From assembly GCA_045110395.1 (NCBI GenBank), contig JBGCFX010000202.1, forward strand, positions 1 to 54,513: a DNA stretch of 54,513 nucleotides, given 5' to 3'. This document shows positions 9,201 to 19,478 of this stretch, piece by piece. This DNA is from Polaribacter sp. (GTDB taxonomy: Bacteria; Bacteroidota; Bacteroidia; Flavobacteriales; Flavobacteriaceae). Both the position numbers and the translations under genes were made by a program. Position 1 is the stretch's first letter. Each line of letters starts with the position of its first letter. The notes beneath the pieces were generated by a model. The model ran no database searches. It was not told the origin of the DNA and saw nothing but the letters and a program-made list of their open reading frames with translations.

Positions 9201-10562
9201 TTAAGCAAACAAAGTAGCAAAAGCCTCTTCAATTTTACCTACTAAAATCAGTTTAATTCCGTGATTTTTTGATGAAATCTTATTATATTTTGAAGCAACA
9301 AAAGTTTTATAACCTAGTTTTTCTGCTTCTAAAATACGTTGGTCTATTTTAGAAACTGGTCTTATTTCTCCTGCCAAACCAACTTCTGCAGCAAAACACA
9401 CATTTGGGTTTATGGCAATATCTTGGTTAGATGATAAAATTGCAGCAACCACAGCCAAATCTATTGCTGGATCATCTACATTTATGCCTCCAGTAATATT
9501 TAAAAAAACGTCTTTTGCACCCAATTTAAAACCTGCTCTTTTTTCGAGAACAGCTAAAATCATATGCAAACGTTTTAGATTGTAACCTGTTGTAGATCTT
9601 TGTGGAGTCCCATAAACTGCTGTAGAAACCAAGGCTTGAATTTCTATCATTAAAGGACGAATGCCTTCTAATGTTGATGCAATTGCTGTTCCACTTAAAT
9701 CTGCATCTTTTTTAGAAATTAAAATTTCTGACGGATTTGAGATTTCTCTCAAACCATTAGACAACATTTCGTAAATCCCTAATTCTGATGTAGAGCCAAA
9801 TCTATTTTTTTGACTTCTTAAAATTCTGTAGGTATGGTTTCTGTCGCCTTCAAACTGTAAAACAACATCTACCATGTGTTCTAAAATTTTTGGACCTGCA
9901 ATGTTTCCTTCTTTGTTAATATGACCAATTAATAAGACTGGTGTTGCAGTTTCTTTGGCAAATTTTATCAATTCTGCACTGGTTTCTCTAATTTGAGAAA
10001 TACTTCCTGGAGAAGCTTCAATATTGTTTGTGTGTAATGTTTGTATAGAATCGATTACTAAAACTTCAGGTTCAGTTTCTTCGATATTTTTGAATATTTG
10101 TTGTGTATTTGTTTCTGTTAAAATTAAGCAATTAGAGTTTTTGGCATCCAATCTTTCTGCTCTCATTTTTATTTGAGATTGGCTTTCTTCACCAGAAACA
10201 TACAATACTTTTTGACTTATATTTAAAGCGACTTGTAATAATAAAGTTGATTTTCCAATACCTGGTTCTCCACCTAAAAGTGTTACAGAACCTTTTACCA
10301 AACCACCACCTAAAACTGTATCTAACTCGTTATTATTAGTAACAACTCTCTCTTCAGGGTTTAGCTGAATATCAGCAATTTTTAGAGGTTTATTTATAAC
10401 ACTTTTTGCTGTTGTAGATTGTTTCCAAACTCTTTTATCTTCTTTTTGAATAACTTCTTCAACAATGGTGTTCCATTCTTTACAAGCACCACATTGTCCC
10501 ACCCATTTTGCGTGTTGTGTGCCACAATTCTGGCAGAAAAAAGTTGTTTTGGTTTTAGCCAT
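9201..10562 (-). CDS. radA: DNA repair protein RadA/Sms
   Basis: C4 zinc finger, GGEPGIGKS Walker A, KNRFG motif, Lon-like C-terminus. Confidence 0.98.
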   Translation of the reverse strand: MAKTKTTFFCQNCGTQHAKWVGQCGACKEWNTIVEEVIQKEDKRVWKQSTTAKSVINKPLKIADIQLNPEERVVTNNNELDTVLGGGLVKGSVTLLGGEPGIGKSTLLLQVALNISQKVLYVSGEESQSQIKMRAERLDAKNSNCLILTETNTQQIFKNIEETEPEVLVIDSIQTLHTNNIEASPGSISQIRETSAELIKFAKETATPVLLIGHINKEGNIAGPKILEHMVDVVLQFEGDRNHTYRILRSQKNRFGSTSELGIYEMLSNGLREISNPSEILISKKDADLSGTAIASTLEGIRPLMIEIQALVSTAVYGTPQRSTTGYNLKRLHMILAVLEKRAGFKLGAKDVFLNITGGINVDDPAIDLAVVAAILSSNQDIAINPNVCFAAEVGLAGEIRPVSKIDQRILEAEKLGYKTFVASKYNKISSKNHGIKLILVGKIEEAFATLFA

Positions 10563-10571
10563 TGATAAAAT

Positions 10572-10607
10572 AGTTACAAAGTTTGAAAGTTGCTAAGTTA
10601 CAAAGTT
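10572..10607. repeat. 8-nt-period AGTTnnnA tandem repeat
   Basis: AGTTACAA AGTTTGAA AGTTGCTA AGTTACAA AGTT. Confidence 0.6.
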
Positions 10608-10638
10608 AAATAGCCAAAAATGATAAGGCTAAATATTT

Positions 10639-11583
10639 TTACTTGTTCTTATTATAAATGGGTAAAACAAAAAATGCCAAACCTCCAAAAACGATAATCA
10701 TTGCAGTTTGTGCAGTCCACATAATCCAACCAAAAGCGGTTGCAGGTTCTGTTTCAATACCAAATAAAGCCAATGCACCAGCCACAGCAATTGGGTATAA
10801 ACCAACTCCACCATTTGTAGCTGCAATAGAAAATCCGCCAGCAATAAAACCGATTAAAATTCCGCCAAAAGGTACGTTTAAACCATTAATTGCAGGAATT
10901 GTTGCCCAAAACATAGCTACATACATTACCCAAATAAAAACGGTATGAAAGATAAATGCCCATTTGTTTTTCATTTTAAAGATGCTTGTAACACCTTCTA
11001 TTAAGCCAGAAACAAAGGTTTTTATTTTTAGTAAAAATCCTGATTCTGCTTTTTTTACAAAGGATGAAAAAATGAAAAACCCGATGATTAAAACAGCTAA
11101 TCCAATGCCAATTTTTGTAGGATCGAAATTTTTAATAAGCAGTTCATAAATAAAATCAAACTGTACAAAAAGTGTAATTGCAATTATGCAGAGCATCATT
11201 ATTAAATCTGCAATTCGTTCTGCTACAATGGTTCCAAATCCTTTTTCAAAAGGAATTTTCTCATAATTTGCCATTACAGTTGCTCTAGAAATTTCTCCTG
11301 CTCTTGGCAAAGCTAAATTTACTAAATACCCCACTAAAACAGCCAAAACACTATTTGTAAATTTTGGTTTGTAACCTATTGGGTCTAAAATAAATTTCCA
11401 TCTATAAGCTCTGGATAAATGGCTTAAAATTCCGAAAAATAAACCAAGAAAAATCCAGCTATAATTAGCTTCTTTAAAATATGTACCTAAAGTTTCTAAA
11501 GAAATATCAGATAGAGAATACCAAACTAAAAAACCACCTAAAGCAAGTGGTAAAATAATTTTTAAAATCTTTTTGATGTTCAA
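10639..11583 (-). CDS. Lysylphosphatidylglycerol synthase TM-domain (flippase-like) protein
   Basis: SRAYRW, PRAGEISRA, GTIVAERIAD, GGVGLY; multi-TM. Confidence 0.85.
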   Translation of the reverse strand: MNIKKILKIILPLALGGFLVWYSLSDISLETLGTYFKEANYSWIFLGLFFGILSHLSRAYRWKFILDPIGYKPKFTNSVLAVLVGYLVNLALPRAGEISRATVMANYEKIPFEKGFGTIVAERIADLIMMLCIIAITLFVQFDFIYELLIKNFDPTKIGIGLAVLIIGFFIFSSFVKKAESGFLLKIKTFVSGLIEGVTSIFKMKNKWAFIFHTVFIWVMYVAMFWATIPAINGLNVPFGGILIGFIAGGFSIAATNGGVGLYPIAVAGALALFGIETEPATAFGWIMWTAQTAMIIVFGGLAFFVLPIYNKNK

Positions 11584-11585
11584 AA

Positions 11586-11936
11586 TTAGGTAAGTGTGTT
11601 GTCTTTTTCGTTAGGGAAAACCAAAGATGGTTTAAACTTTTTAGCTTCCTCTAATTCTAAAAAACCGTAAACAATTAAGATTAAAACATCGCCTTTAGCA
11701 ACTTTTCTGGCAGCAGCACCATTTAAGGTTATTTCTCCACTTCCTCTTGGGCCAGGAATTGCATAGGTTTCTAAACGCTCTCCATTATTATTATTCACTA
11801 TTTGAACGCGTTCACCTTCTATAATGTTGGCTGCATCCATTAAATCTTCATCTATGGTTATGCTTCCTATATAATTTAAATCTGCACCTGTAACTTTTAC
11901 ACGATGGATTTTAGATTTTACTACTTGTACTAACAT
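11586..11936 (-). CDS. panD: Aspartate 1-decarboxylase
   Basis: [14 protein letters not shown] (Gly-Ser autocleavage site), ETY, NGAAAR. Confidence 0.98.
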   Translation of the reverse strand: MLVQVVKSKIHRVKVTGADLNYIGSITIDEDLMDAANIIEGERVQIVNNNNGERLETYAIPGPRGSGEITLNGAAARKVAKGDVLILIVYGFLELEEAKKFKPSLVFPNEKDNTLT

Positions 11937-12040
11937 ATGGCAAAAATAGGTTTTTTTAGTGAAACTAAATTTTGAATATTTTTATAAAAATGGTTAAAGT
12001 TGTAAGATGAATTAATCTAGATTTTCAAACGGAATAAAAA

Positions 12041-12889
12041 TTAATTTTTCAAACGAATATTATCTATCAATCTAATTTTACCAGCAAAAACTGCAATAAA
12101 AGCACGATATTTTTTCTTAGCTTCTTTTTTATTTGCGGTTTCTAAAGATTTTTCATCGGCTATTGTAAAATACTCTAATTCTAATAAAGTTTGTTTTTTA
12201 AATTGATTTTCTACCCAAGCATTAATTTCATCAATCGTTTTTGTTTTAAACTTTTTCTTTACTTTTTTAAGTGTTTTCAGAATAAATGGCGCAATTTCTC
12301 TCTGTTCTGTTGATAATCTTGTATTTCTAGAACTCATTGCCAAACCATCTTCTTCTCTAAAAATTGGGCAACCTTTAATTTTTACATTGATGCGATTTTT
12401 CTTCACCATTTTTTTGATGATTTGTAATTGCTGAAAATCTTTTTGTCCAAAATAAGCATTGTTTGGAGTCACAATTTCGAACAAGGTTTTTACAATTGTC
12501 CCTACACCATCAAAATGACCATCTCTAAATTTTCCTTCCATTTGGTGTTCTAAACCATCAAAATCAAAGTTTTCTGAAGTAATTTTATCACTATAAATTT
12601 CTTCAACAGAAGGTAAAAATAGTACATCACAAAAAACACTTTCTAGCAATTTAGTATCATTCTCTATGGTTTTAGGGTAATTTACCAAGTCTTCCTTTTT
12701 ATCAAATTGTGTAGGATTTACAAAAATACTAACCACAACAAGATTGTTTTTTTTCTTGGCTTTTTTTATCAAAGATAAATGTCCTTCATGAAGTGCGCCC
12801 ATTGTTGGCACAAAACCAATGGTTTTATTTTGCTCTTTCATGGTTGATAAATAGCGTTTTAAATCTTGTTTTGTCGTAAAAATTTTCAT
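12041..12889 (-). CDS. panC: Pantoate--beta-alanine ligase
   Basis: PTMGALHEGH, SIFVNPTQF, FGQKDFQQ, GLAMSSRN, RLIDN. Confidence 0.98.
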   Translation of the reverse strand: MKIFTTKQDLKRYLSTMKEQNKTIGFVPTMGALHEGHLSLIKKAKKKNNLVVVSIFVNPTQFDKKEDLVNYPKTIENDTKLLESVFCDVLFLPSVEEIYSDKITSENFDFDGLEHQMEGKFRDGHFDGVGTIVKTLFEIVTPNNAYFGQKDFQQLQIIKKMVKKNRINVKIKGCPIFREEDGLAMSSRNTRLSTEQREIAPFILKTLKKVKKKFKTKTIDEINAWVENQFKKQTLLELEYFTIADEKSLETANKKEAKKKYRAFIAVFAGKIRLIDNIRLKN

Positions 12890-12912
12890 CCTTAAAAGTA
12901 AAGTAAAGTCTG

Positions 12913-12960
12913 CAAACTTACCATTTTAACACGATATTAGCATAATAATTTGTATTTTTG
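12913..12960. promoter_or_regulatory. Divergent -7 elements for panC and the GT5-domain gene
   Basis: TAAGTTTG on minus (12913-12920), TATTTTTG on plus (12953-12960). Confidence 0.62.
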
Positions 12961-12986
12961 CGCTTCTCATAAAAGAGTTTGATTTA

Positions 12987-13796
12987 ATGAAGGACAAGAG
13001 AATATTATTTGTTTCCTCGGAAGTAGTTCCATACTTACCAGAAACAGAGTTATCATCAACAGCTTTTAATGCAGCGAAAAATGCGCATTCTAAAGGAGTA
13101 CAAACAAGAATATTTATGCCAAGATTTGGTGTAATTAACGAACGTAGACACCAGTTACATGAAGTAATTCGTTTGTCTGGGATGAATCTTGTTGTAAACG
13201 ATATGGATATGCCTCTAATTATAAAAGTAGCTTCTATTCCTAAAGAAAGAATGCAGGTTTATTTTATAGATAATGAAGAATATTTTAAAAGAAAAGCCGT
13301 TTTTACAGATGAAGATGATGCTCTTTTTGAAGACAATGATGAACGCGCAATTTTCTTTGCCAAAGGTGTTGTAGAAACTGTAAAAAAATTGAATTGGGCT
13401 CCAGATATTATTCATATCCATGGTTGGATGGCTTCTTTATTACCTCTTTATTTAAAAGAGTTTTATAAAGAAGAGCCTTTATTTACAGAAAGTAAAATAA
13501 TTACTTCTTTGTATAATAATAGTTTTGAAGGAGCTTTAAATGAAGATTTAGCAAATAAGGTGAAATTTGATATGAGTCATGATGCTAAATTAGCGACCAT
13601 TAAAACACCAAATTTTACAAACATCTTAAAAAGCGCTATCGAAAACTCTGATGCAATAATTCACGGAAGTGAAACAATATCTGATGAATTAGATGCCTTT
13701 ATTACTGAGCAAGAATTACCAGTATTAGCACATCAAGAAGAGAACTTAAAAGAAAGTTATTTGAATTTTTACGCCCAATTACTAGAGGCTAAATAA
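12987..13796 (+). CDS. Glycogen/starch synthase (GT5) N-terminal-domain-only protein
   Basis: RILFVSSEVVPY, RIFMPRFG, DNDERAIFF, PDIIHIHGW; 269 aa, no second GT-B domain. Confidence 0.85.
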   Translation: MKDKRILFVSSEVVPYLPETELSSTAFNAAKNAHSKGVQTRIFMPRFGVINERRHQLHEVIRLSGMNLVVNDMDMPLIIKVASIPKERMQVYFIDNEEYFKRKAVFTDEDDALFEDNDERAIFFAKGVVETVKKLNWAPDIIHIHGWMASLLPLYLKEFYKEEPLFTESKIITSLYNNSFEGALNEDLANKVKFDMSHDAKLATIKTPNFTNILKSAIENSDAIIHGSETISDELDAFITEQELPVLAHQEENLKESYLNFYAQLLEAK

Positions 13797-13806
13797 TTGT
13801 TATATA

Positions 13807-15402
13807 GTGAGAAATTTTTTTAGAAGAAGTATTGTTATAGGTTTATTAATCTTAACATTAGTAGGAGTTATATCTTGCGAAAAAGACTTTACAGATATAG
13901 GTACAAGTATAGTTGGTAACACCAAATTTGACACCAAAGACACCATTTTAGAAGTTTTAGTTAGCCAAAGACCAAATATAGATGCAATTAGAGGAGATAA
14001 TCTTTTGACTGGTTCAATAGGAGAATATTGGTTGGGAATTTATCAAAATGATAAAAAACAATATGAGAAAATAGAAGCTTCTATAGTTACTCAATTAGCA
14101 GCTTTTAGAACGGTAAATTTAACAGATGGAGTTGTAGATACTACAAAAGTGACTAACACATTTGATAATGCTTTTTTAAAGTTTCCTTATTTAGCGACAA
14201 AAACAGGAACAGATAAAAAAACAGTAAAAATTAATGGTAAAGACAGTATTATAACAATACCAGTTTTTGAAATTGATGACAAGTTAGGAACTTCTGCAAT
14301 AGGAGTAGATTTAAAAGTATATGAAAACACAACTTTTTTAAGTTCGTTAAATTTAGTAGATCCAACTAAACCTAATGTTTATAAAACAGATGCTGTTTAT
14401 GGCAAAGGAGATTTATTAAATGCAGATTCGAATTTTAAATTTATTCCAAATCCAAACGATACATTATATATTTATGATCGTTTTTTAAAAGATGGTGTTG
14501 CTTCTTATAAAGACACCTTAAAACTTTCTAATGCAAATCCTTTTTTAGTAATTCCTTTAGATAGAGATAAATTAAAAAAATTGTTTTTTGATAGATTTAA
14601 TGGGACAGAACTTACCTCTCAAGAGTTGTTAAACAATTATTTTAGAGGTTTAATAATTGAGGTTTCTGGAGATGAAAACTCATTAGTACCTTTTAGGTTT
14701 TCTAATCCACAACAAATTTTTTTAAACCCTACATTAGAATTAAATTACACAACTACAGTAGAGCATAAAACAAAAAACACAGTTGTAGACACTTTAAGAC
14801 AAACCCTTTCTGTAAATTTATCTGGTATACAAAACAGAATTTATAAAATGACACCAGAATCTGTTGGAGTTGGTACAGATCAAATTGTTATACAAGGTAC
14901 TGCAGGTAAAATGGCAGATGTAAAGATTTTACAAGGCAACCAATTGCAAGATTTAAAAAGTAAAAACTGGTTAATTAATGATGCTACTGTTACTTTTTAT
15001 ATAGATCAAACTAGAGATACAACTGCTATCCCACAAAGATTATTTTTGTACAGAGAATCACTTAATTATTCTAGACAAATTCTAGACGCTTACCAAGAAG
15101 GTTTTTCTGTTTTTTCTGGAAACCTAGAAAAAGATGGAATTAAAAATGAAAGTTATAGTTTTAAAATAACAGATTATATTTCTAATATTTTAGGACCAAA
15201 TTCGCATCAAAATGATAAGTTAGTTCTAAAAGCATTTAACGAAACAGATACTCCAGTTATTAATAGCGTTTTAGATAGCGTTGTAAAAACTTATAATTGG
15301 AATCCAAGAGCAGTGACTATATTCAACCAATTCCCTTCTAATGGAACGATTAAGGGAACAAGAAAAGCACAGCTGAAAATTTCTTACACAGAAAAAAAAT
15401 AA
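13807..15402 (+). CDS. DUF4270-like lipoprotein
   Basis: Lipobox VISC-EKD; NYFRGL, QGTAG, C-terminal LKISYT; lies between the GT5 gene and glmS. Confidence 0.78.
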   Translation: MRNFFRRSIVIGLLILTLVGVISCEKDFTDIGTSIVGNTKFDTKDTILEVLVSQRPNIDAIRGDNLLTGSIGEYWLGIYQNDKKQYEKIEASIVTQLAAFRTVNLTDGVVDTTKVTNTFDNAFLKFPYLATKTGTDKKTVKINGKDSIITIPVFEIDDKLGTSAIGVDLKVYENTTFLSSLNLVDPTKPNVYKTDAVYGKGDLLNADSNFKFIPNPNDTLYIYDRFLKDGVASYKDTLKLSNANPFLVIPLDRDKLKKLFFDRFNGTELTSQELLNNYFRGLIIEVSGDENSLVPFRFSNPQQIFLNPTLELNYTTTVEHKTKNTVVDTLRQTLSVNLSGIQNRIYKMTPESVGVGTDQIVIQGTAGKMADVKILQGNQLQDLKSKNWLINDATVTFYIDQTRDTTAIPQRLFLYRESLNYSRQILDAYQEGFSVFSGNLEKDGIKNESYSFKITDYISNILGPNSHQNDKLVLKAFNETDTPVINSVLDSVVKTYNWNPRAVTIFNQFPSNGTIKGTRKAQLKISYTEKK

Positions 15403-15421
15403 TCAACTAAAGAAAAAAATT

Positions 15422-17278
15422 ATGTGTGGTATTACAGGTTATATAGGATATAGAGATGCCTACCCAATAGTAATAAATGGTCTGAAAAGGATAGAATACA
15501 GAGGATAAAAAAGTGAAGGAATAATGATGTATGATGGTAATGCTATTCAACTATCTAAAACCAAAGGAAAAGTTTCTGATTTAGAGCTAATAACTAATAA
15601 AGAAACAAAAAGAAAAATAGGAACTATAGGAATGGGTCATACACGTTGGGCAACACATGGTGTTCCTAATGATTCAAACTCTCATCCTCATTTTTCTAAA
15701 TCGGGGAATTTAGTTATTGTTCATAATGGAATTATAGAAAATTATGATACTCTAAAAAAAGAACTTATTTCTAGAGGTTATGATTTTAAAAGTGATACTG
15801 ATACAGAGGTATTAATAAATTTAATAGAAGAAGTAAAGAAAAAGGAAGGCTGTAAATTAGGACAAGCAGTCCAATTAGCACTAAACAATGTTATTGGTGC
15901 TTATGCAATTTCTGTTTTTGATAAAACAAAACCAGATGAAATTGTGGTAGCACGTTTAGGAAGCCCAATTGCTATAGGAGTTGGGAAAGACAATTCAGAG
16001 TTTTTTATTGCCTCAGACGCTTCTCCGTTTATAGAATATACCAAAGATGCTATTTATTTGGAAGACGAAGAAATGGCAATTATTAAATTGGGTAAAGAAA
16101 TAAAAGTTAGAAGAATTCATGATGATGCTTTAGTAGACGCAAATATTCAAGAATTACAAATGAGCTTAGATCAGATAGAAAAAGGAGGTTATGAGCATTT
16201 TATGCTTAAAGAAATCCATGAACAACCTAAAGCCATTATAGATACTTACAGAGGTAGGATGCTCGCTGACGAAGGCATTATAAAAATGTCTGGTATAGAT
16301 GAGCACATGAATAAATTCTTAAATGCAGAAAGAATTATAATTGTTGCATGTGGTACTTCTTGGCACGCAGGTTTAGTGGGTGAGTATTTAATAGAAGATA
16401 TGGCTAGAATACCTGTAGAAGTAGAATATGCCTCTGAATTTAGGTATAGAAACCCAATTATTACACCTAATGATATTGTAATCGCAATTTCTCAATCTGG
16501 TGAAACTGCAGATACATTAGCTGCTATTAAACTAGCAAAATCTAAAGGAGCCTTTGTTTTTGGTATTTGTAATGTTGTAGGATCATCTATAGCTAGAGAA
16601 ACAGATGCAGGTGCTTATACACATGCTGGACCAGAAATTGGGGTAGCTTCTACAAAAGCATTTACGACACAAATAACCGTTTTAACATTAATCTCTTTAA
16701 AACTAGCCTCTAAAAAGGGAACTTTATCTAAATCTGCTTTAAGAATGTATTTGCAAAAAATGCAAACAATACCTTCTAAAGTAGAAGAACTTTTAAAGAT
16801 AGATGAAAAAGTAAAAGAAATTGCAGCTGTTTATAAAGATGCAAAAAACTGTTTATACTTAGGAAGAGGATTTAATTTCCCTGTAGCATTAGAAGGCGCT
16901 TTAAAGTTAAAAGAAATCTCTTACATACATGCAGAAGGGTATCCAGCTGCAGAAATGAAACACGGACCAATTGCTTTAATTGATGAAAATATGCCAATAT
17001 TTGTTATTGCTACAAATAAAGGACATTATGAGAAAGTGGTTAGTAATATTCAAGAAATTAAATCTAGAGCTGGTAAAATTATTGCAATTGTAACAGAAGG
17101 AGATACGCAGGTTAAAGAAATTGCAGATCACGTAATTGAAATTCCTGATACAGAAGAAGCTTTAACGCCACTTTTAACTACAATACCTTTTCAATTATTA
17201 TCTTACCATATTGCAGTAATGTTAGAAAAAAATGTAGATCAACCTAGAAATTTAGCAAAATCTGTTACTGTAGAGTAA
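15422..17278 (+). CDS. glmS: Glutamine--fructose-6-phosphate transaminase; as sequenced has an in-frame TAA at 15506-15508
   Basis: ATG TGT GGT ATT (MCGI) at 15422 is in frame with the 15524 ORF; [33 protein letters not shown]. Confidence 0.95.
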
Positions 17279-17297
17279 TTTAGAAAAATTAAAATAT

Positions 17298-17325
17298 AAA
17301 AAAACCTGCTTTTGCAGGTTTTTTT
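17298..17325. terminator. Bidirectional terminator between glmS and the TonB gene
   Basis: AAAAAAACCTGC-TTTT-GCAGGTTTTTTT between convergent genes. Confidence 0.9.
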
Positions 17326-17330
17326 ATATT

Positions 17331-18062
17331 TTATCTAACTTCAAAAGTAATAGGAATACTATAACTTACACCAACAGCTACACCTCTTTGTTTACCAGGA
17401 GTCATTTTTGGTAAAGCACTAATAATAGAAGTTACTTCTTTTTCTAAAACTGGATGTGGTCCTCTAGCTTTAACATTTACGACTTTGCCCTTATTGTTAA
17501 TAGTAAAAATAACATACAATCTTTTTTTACCTGTTTGTAAACCTAATTTTTCTGCCAAGCCTATATCAAATCGTTTACCAAAAAACTCTGTCACTTTTTT
17601 TGTAAAACATGCTTTTAATTTTTTATTGTTGCCCTTACAACCTGGATATACTGGTACATTTTCAATTAAAATAAAAGGAATGTCTTCTATAACTTCTTCT
17701 GCTTCTTCTATTTCTAAAATTTCACTAGTATCTACAATTACGCTTTCATTTTCATCTGTTTCTGTAGATTCTATTAAGGTTTCTTCAATTTTTAAATCAT
17801 CTTCTACCACTTTTATTTTTTCTACAATAGGAGGAGGTGTTTTTTTTGGAGGTGGTTTTAATTCTTGAATTTGAATGATAGGAATATCTTCTTTCATATC
17901 ATCAGTCATATTTACTTGCCCCAAACCTCTTAAATCATTTTTTTCGTAGGTTTTGTGTTCTATTAAACTATATGTAACAAACAAAGAGAGTGCTAACCCA
18001 ATTTGTAAAAATATTTTACTATAATTTTCTAACTGTAATTTTGGATTTTTTTTAGTTTCCAT
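17331..18062 (-). CDS. Energy transducer TonB-family protein
   Basis: N-terminal TM, Pro-rich linker (PPPKKTPPP), PVYPGC, PGKQRG..V.YSIPITF. Confidence 0.9.
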   Translation of the reverse strand: METKKNPKLQLENYSKIFLQIGLALSLFVTYSLIEHKTYEKNDLRGLGQVNMTDDMKEDIPIIQIQELKPPPKKTPPPIVEKIKVVEDDLKIEETLIESTETDENESVIVDTSEILEIEEAEEVIEDIPFILIENVPVYPGCKGNNKKLKACFTKKVTEFFGKRFDIGLAEKLGLQTGKKRLYVIFTINNKGKVVNVKARGPHPVLEKEVTSIISALPKMTPGKQRGVAVGVSYSIPITFEVR

Positions 18063-18201
18063 CCTGTAACCCTTTTAAGTTTAAATAAATTGGCTATCTA
18101 AAAATAGTCTTGGAGAAAACTCAAGACAAAGTATAGTTACTAACTTGAGTCTTTCTCGATATAAAGGTACTAAGGATGAAGGTGTTAAAATATGATTAAA
18201 A

Positions 18202-18807
18202 TCATACTTTATCGTGTACTTTTGTATGGTTATTGTCGTTCCAAAAAGTAAGAATATCTGTGGCTACACTTGCGCCACTTCCTGCAGCAATAGAAAATTG
18301 ACTGCGCCAACCAGCAATTGTACCACAACAATATAAACCCTCTTTTATAAGATGATTATTGTTTTTAAATTGAATTCTATCTTTTTTAGGATTTGCTCTT
18401 TGATGAGGTTCTAAGTAATCCTCTAAACCTTTAATAGTAAAAGGTTTAGAGTAATTTAAAGCTAGAATTATTATCTTAGAAAAAAACTCGTTTTTATTGG
18501 TTGTAATTATAAAACCATTATTAAATTCAGCAACAGAAAGAACTTTTTCTGTATGAATTTGTTGCACTTTTGGGTATAAATTAGTTAATTGTTTTTTACC
18601 TTCAATTAAAATGTCTTTTCCTAATGTTTTTGGTGATAAACCCAAAACATTATTAAACAAAGCATTCTGTAAATGAGATGTTTTTTGATGCGCTATAATT
18701 CCGATTTTTTTATCTGATGCAAAGGGCTTGTTTAGTGCAGATCCTAGAACTAATGCACATTGCAAACCAGAAACACCACCACCAATAATAAGACAATCGA
18801 AATTCAT
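18202..18807 (-). CDS. Short FAD-dependent oxidoreductase (thioredoxin-reductase-like FAD domain)
   Basis: DCLIIGGGVSG and GLYCCGTIAG..SQFSIAAGSG; 201 aa. Confidence 0.8.
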   Translation of the reverse strand: MNFDCLIIGGGVSGLQCALVLGSALNKPFASDKKIGIIAHQKTSHLQNALFNNVLGLSPKTLGKDILIEGKKQLTNLYPKVQQIHTEKVLSVAEFNNGFIITTNKNEFFSKIIILALNYSKPFTIKGLEDYLEPHQRANPKKDRIQFKNNNHLIKEGLYCCGTIAGWRSQFSIAAGSGASVATDILTFWNDNNHTKVHDKV

Positions 18808-18808
18808 A

Positions 18809-19390
18809 CTAAAATAATTCTTTAATATTGGCAGCGAATAATTTTACAGAAATGGCTAATAAAATTACTCCGAAAACTTTACGAATAATTTGTATTCCAT
18901 TAGGTCCTAAAATACGTTCTATTTTAGAAGATGTTTTTAAAACTATATAGAGAAAAACTATGTTTGCAATAATTGCTACAATAATGTTTTCTAATTCAAA
19001 TTCTGATCTTAAAGAAAGTAAGGTGGTTAAACTTCCTGGGCCAGCAATTAGCGGAAATGCTAATGGAAAAACTGAAGCTGTAATAGCATTTACATCTCCA
19101 TCATCTTTATAAAGTGTAATTCCTAAAATCATTTCTAAGGCAATAAAAAATAAAATAAAAGAACCAGCAACTGCAAAAGAATTTACATCAATTCCAATTA
19201 AATTTAATAAACTTTGTCCTACAAACAGAAAAAGAATCATAATAAAACCAGCAATTATAGAAGCTTTACCAGACTGAATATGACCTGCTTTTTTTCTTAA
19301 ATCTATAATGATAGGAATGTTTCCTATAATATCTATTACTGCAAATAAAACCATAAAAGCAGTAAAAATTTCTTTAAAGTTAAAGTCCAT
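18809..19390 (-). CDS. MarC-family membrane protein
   Basis: LFAVIDIIGNIP, FPLAFPLIAGPGSLT, about six TM segments. Confidence 0.92.
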   Translation of the reverse strand: MDFNFKEIFTAFMVLFAVIDIIGNIPIIIDLRKKAGHIQSGKASIIAGFIMILFLFVGQSLLNLIGIDVNSFAVAGSFILFFIALEMILGITLYKDDGDVNAITASVFPLAFPLIAGPGSLTTLLSLRSEFELENIIVAIIANIVFLYIVLKTSSKIERILGPNGIQIIRKVFGVILLAISVKLFAANIKELF

Positions 19391-19478
19391 TTTTGGCGGT
19401 TTAAATTTTTTGCAAAAATAGTCAACTAATTTTACGAAAACAGAAATATAATGAAAAATATTCGCTTATTTTTGCGAG

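Noticed and set aside
15403-15421. glmS ribozyme
   Set aside because: Only 19 nt separate glmS from the upstream gene; no room and no motif.
15506-15508. Stop-codon recoding or programmed readthrough in glmS
   Set aside because: The codon is TAA, the normal stop here, and neighbouring conserved codons are also altered, which readthrough would not explain.
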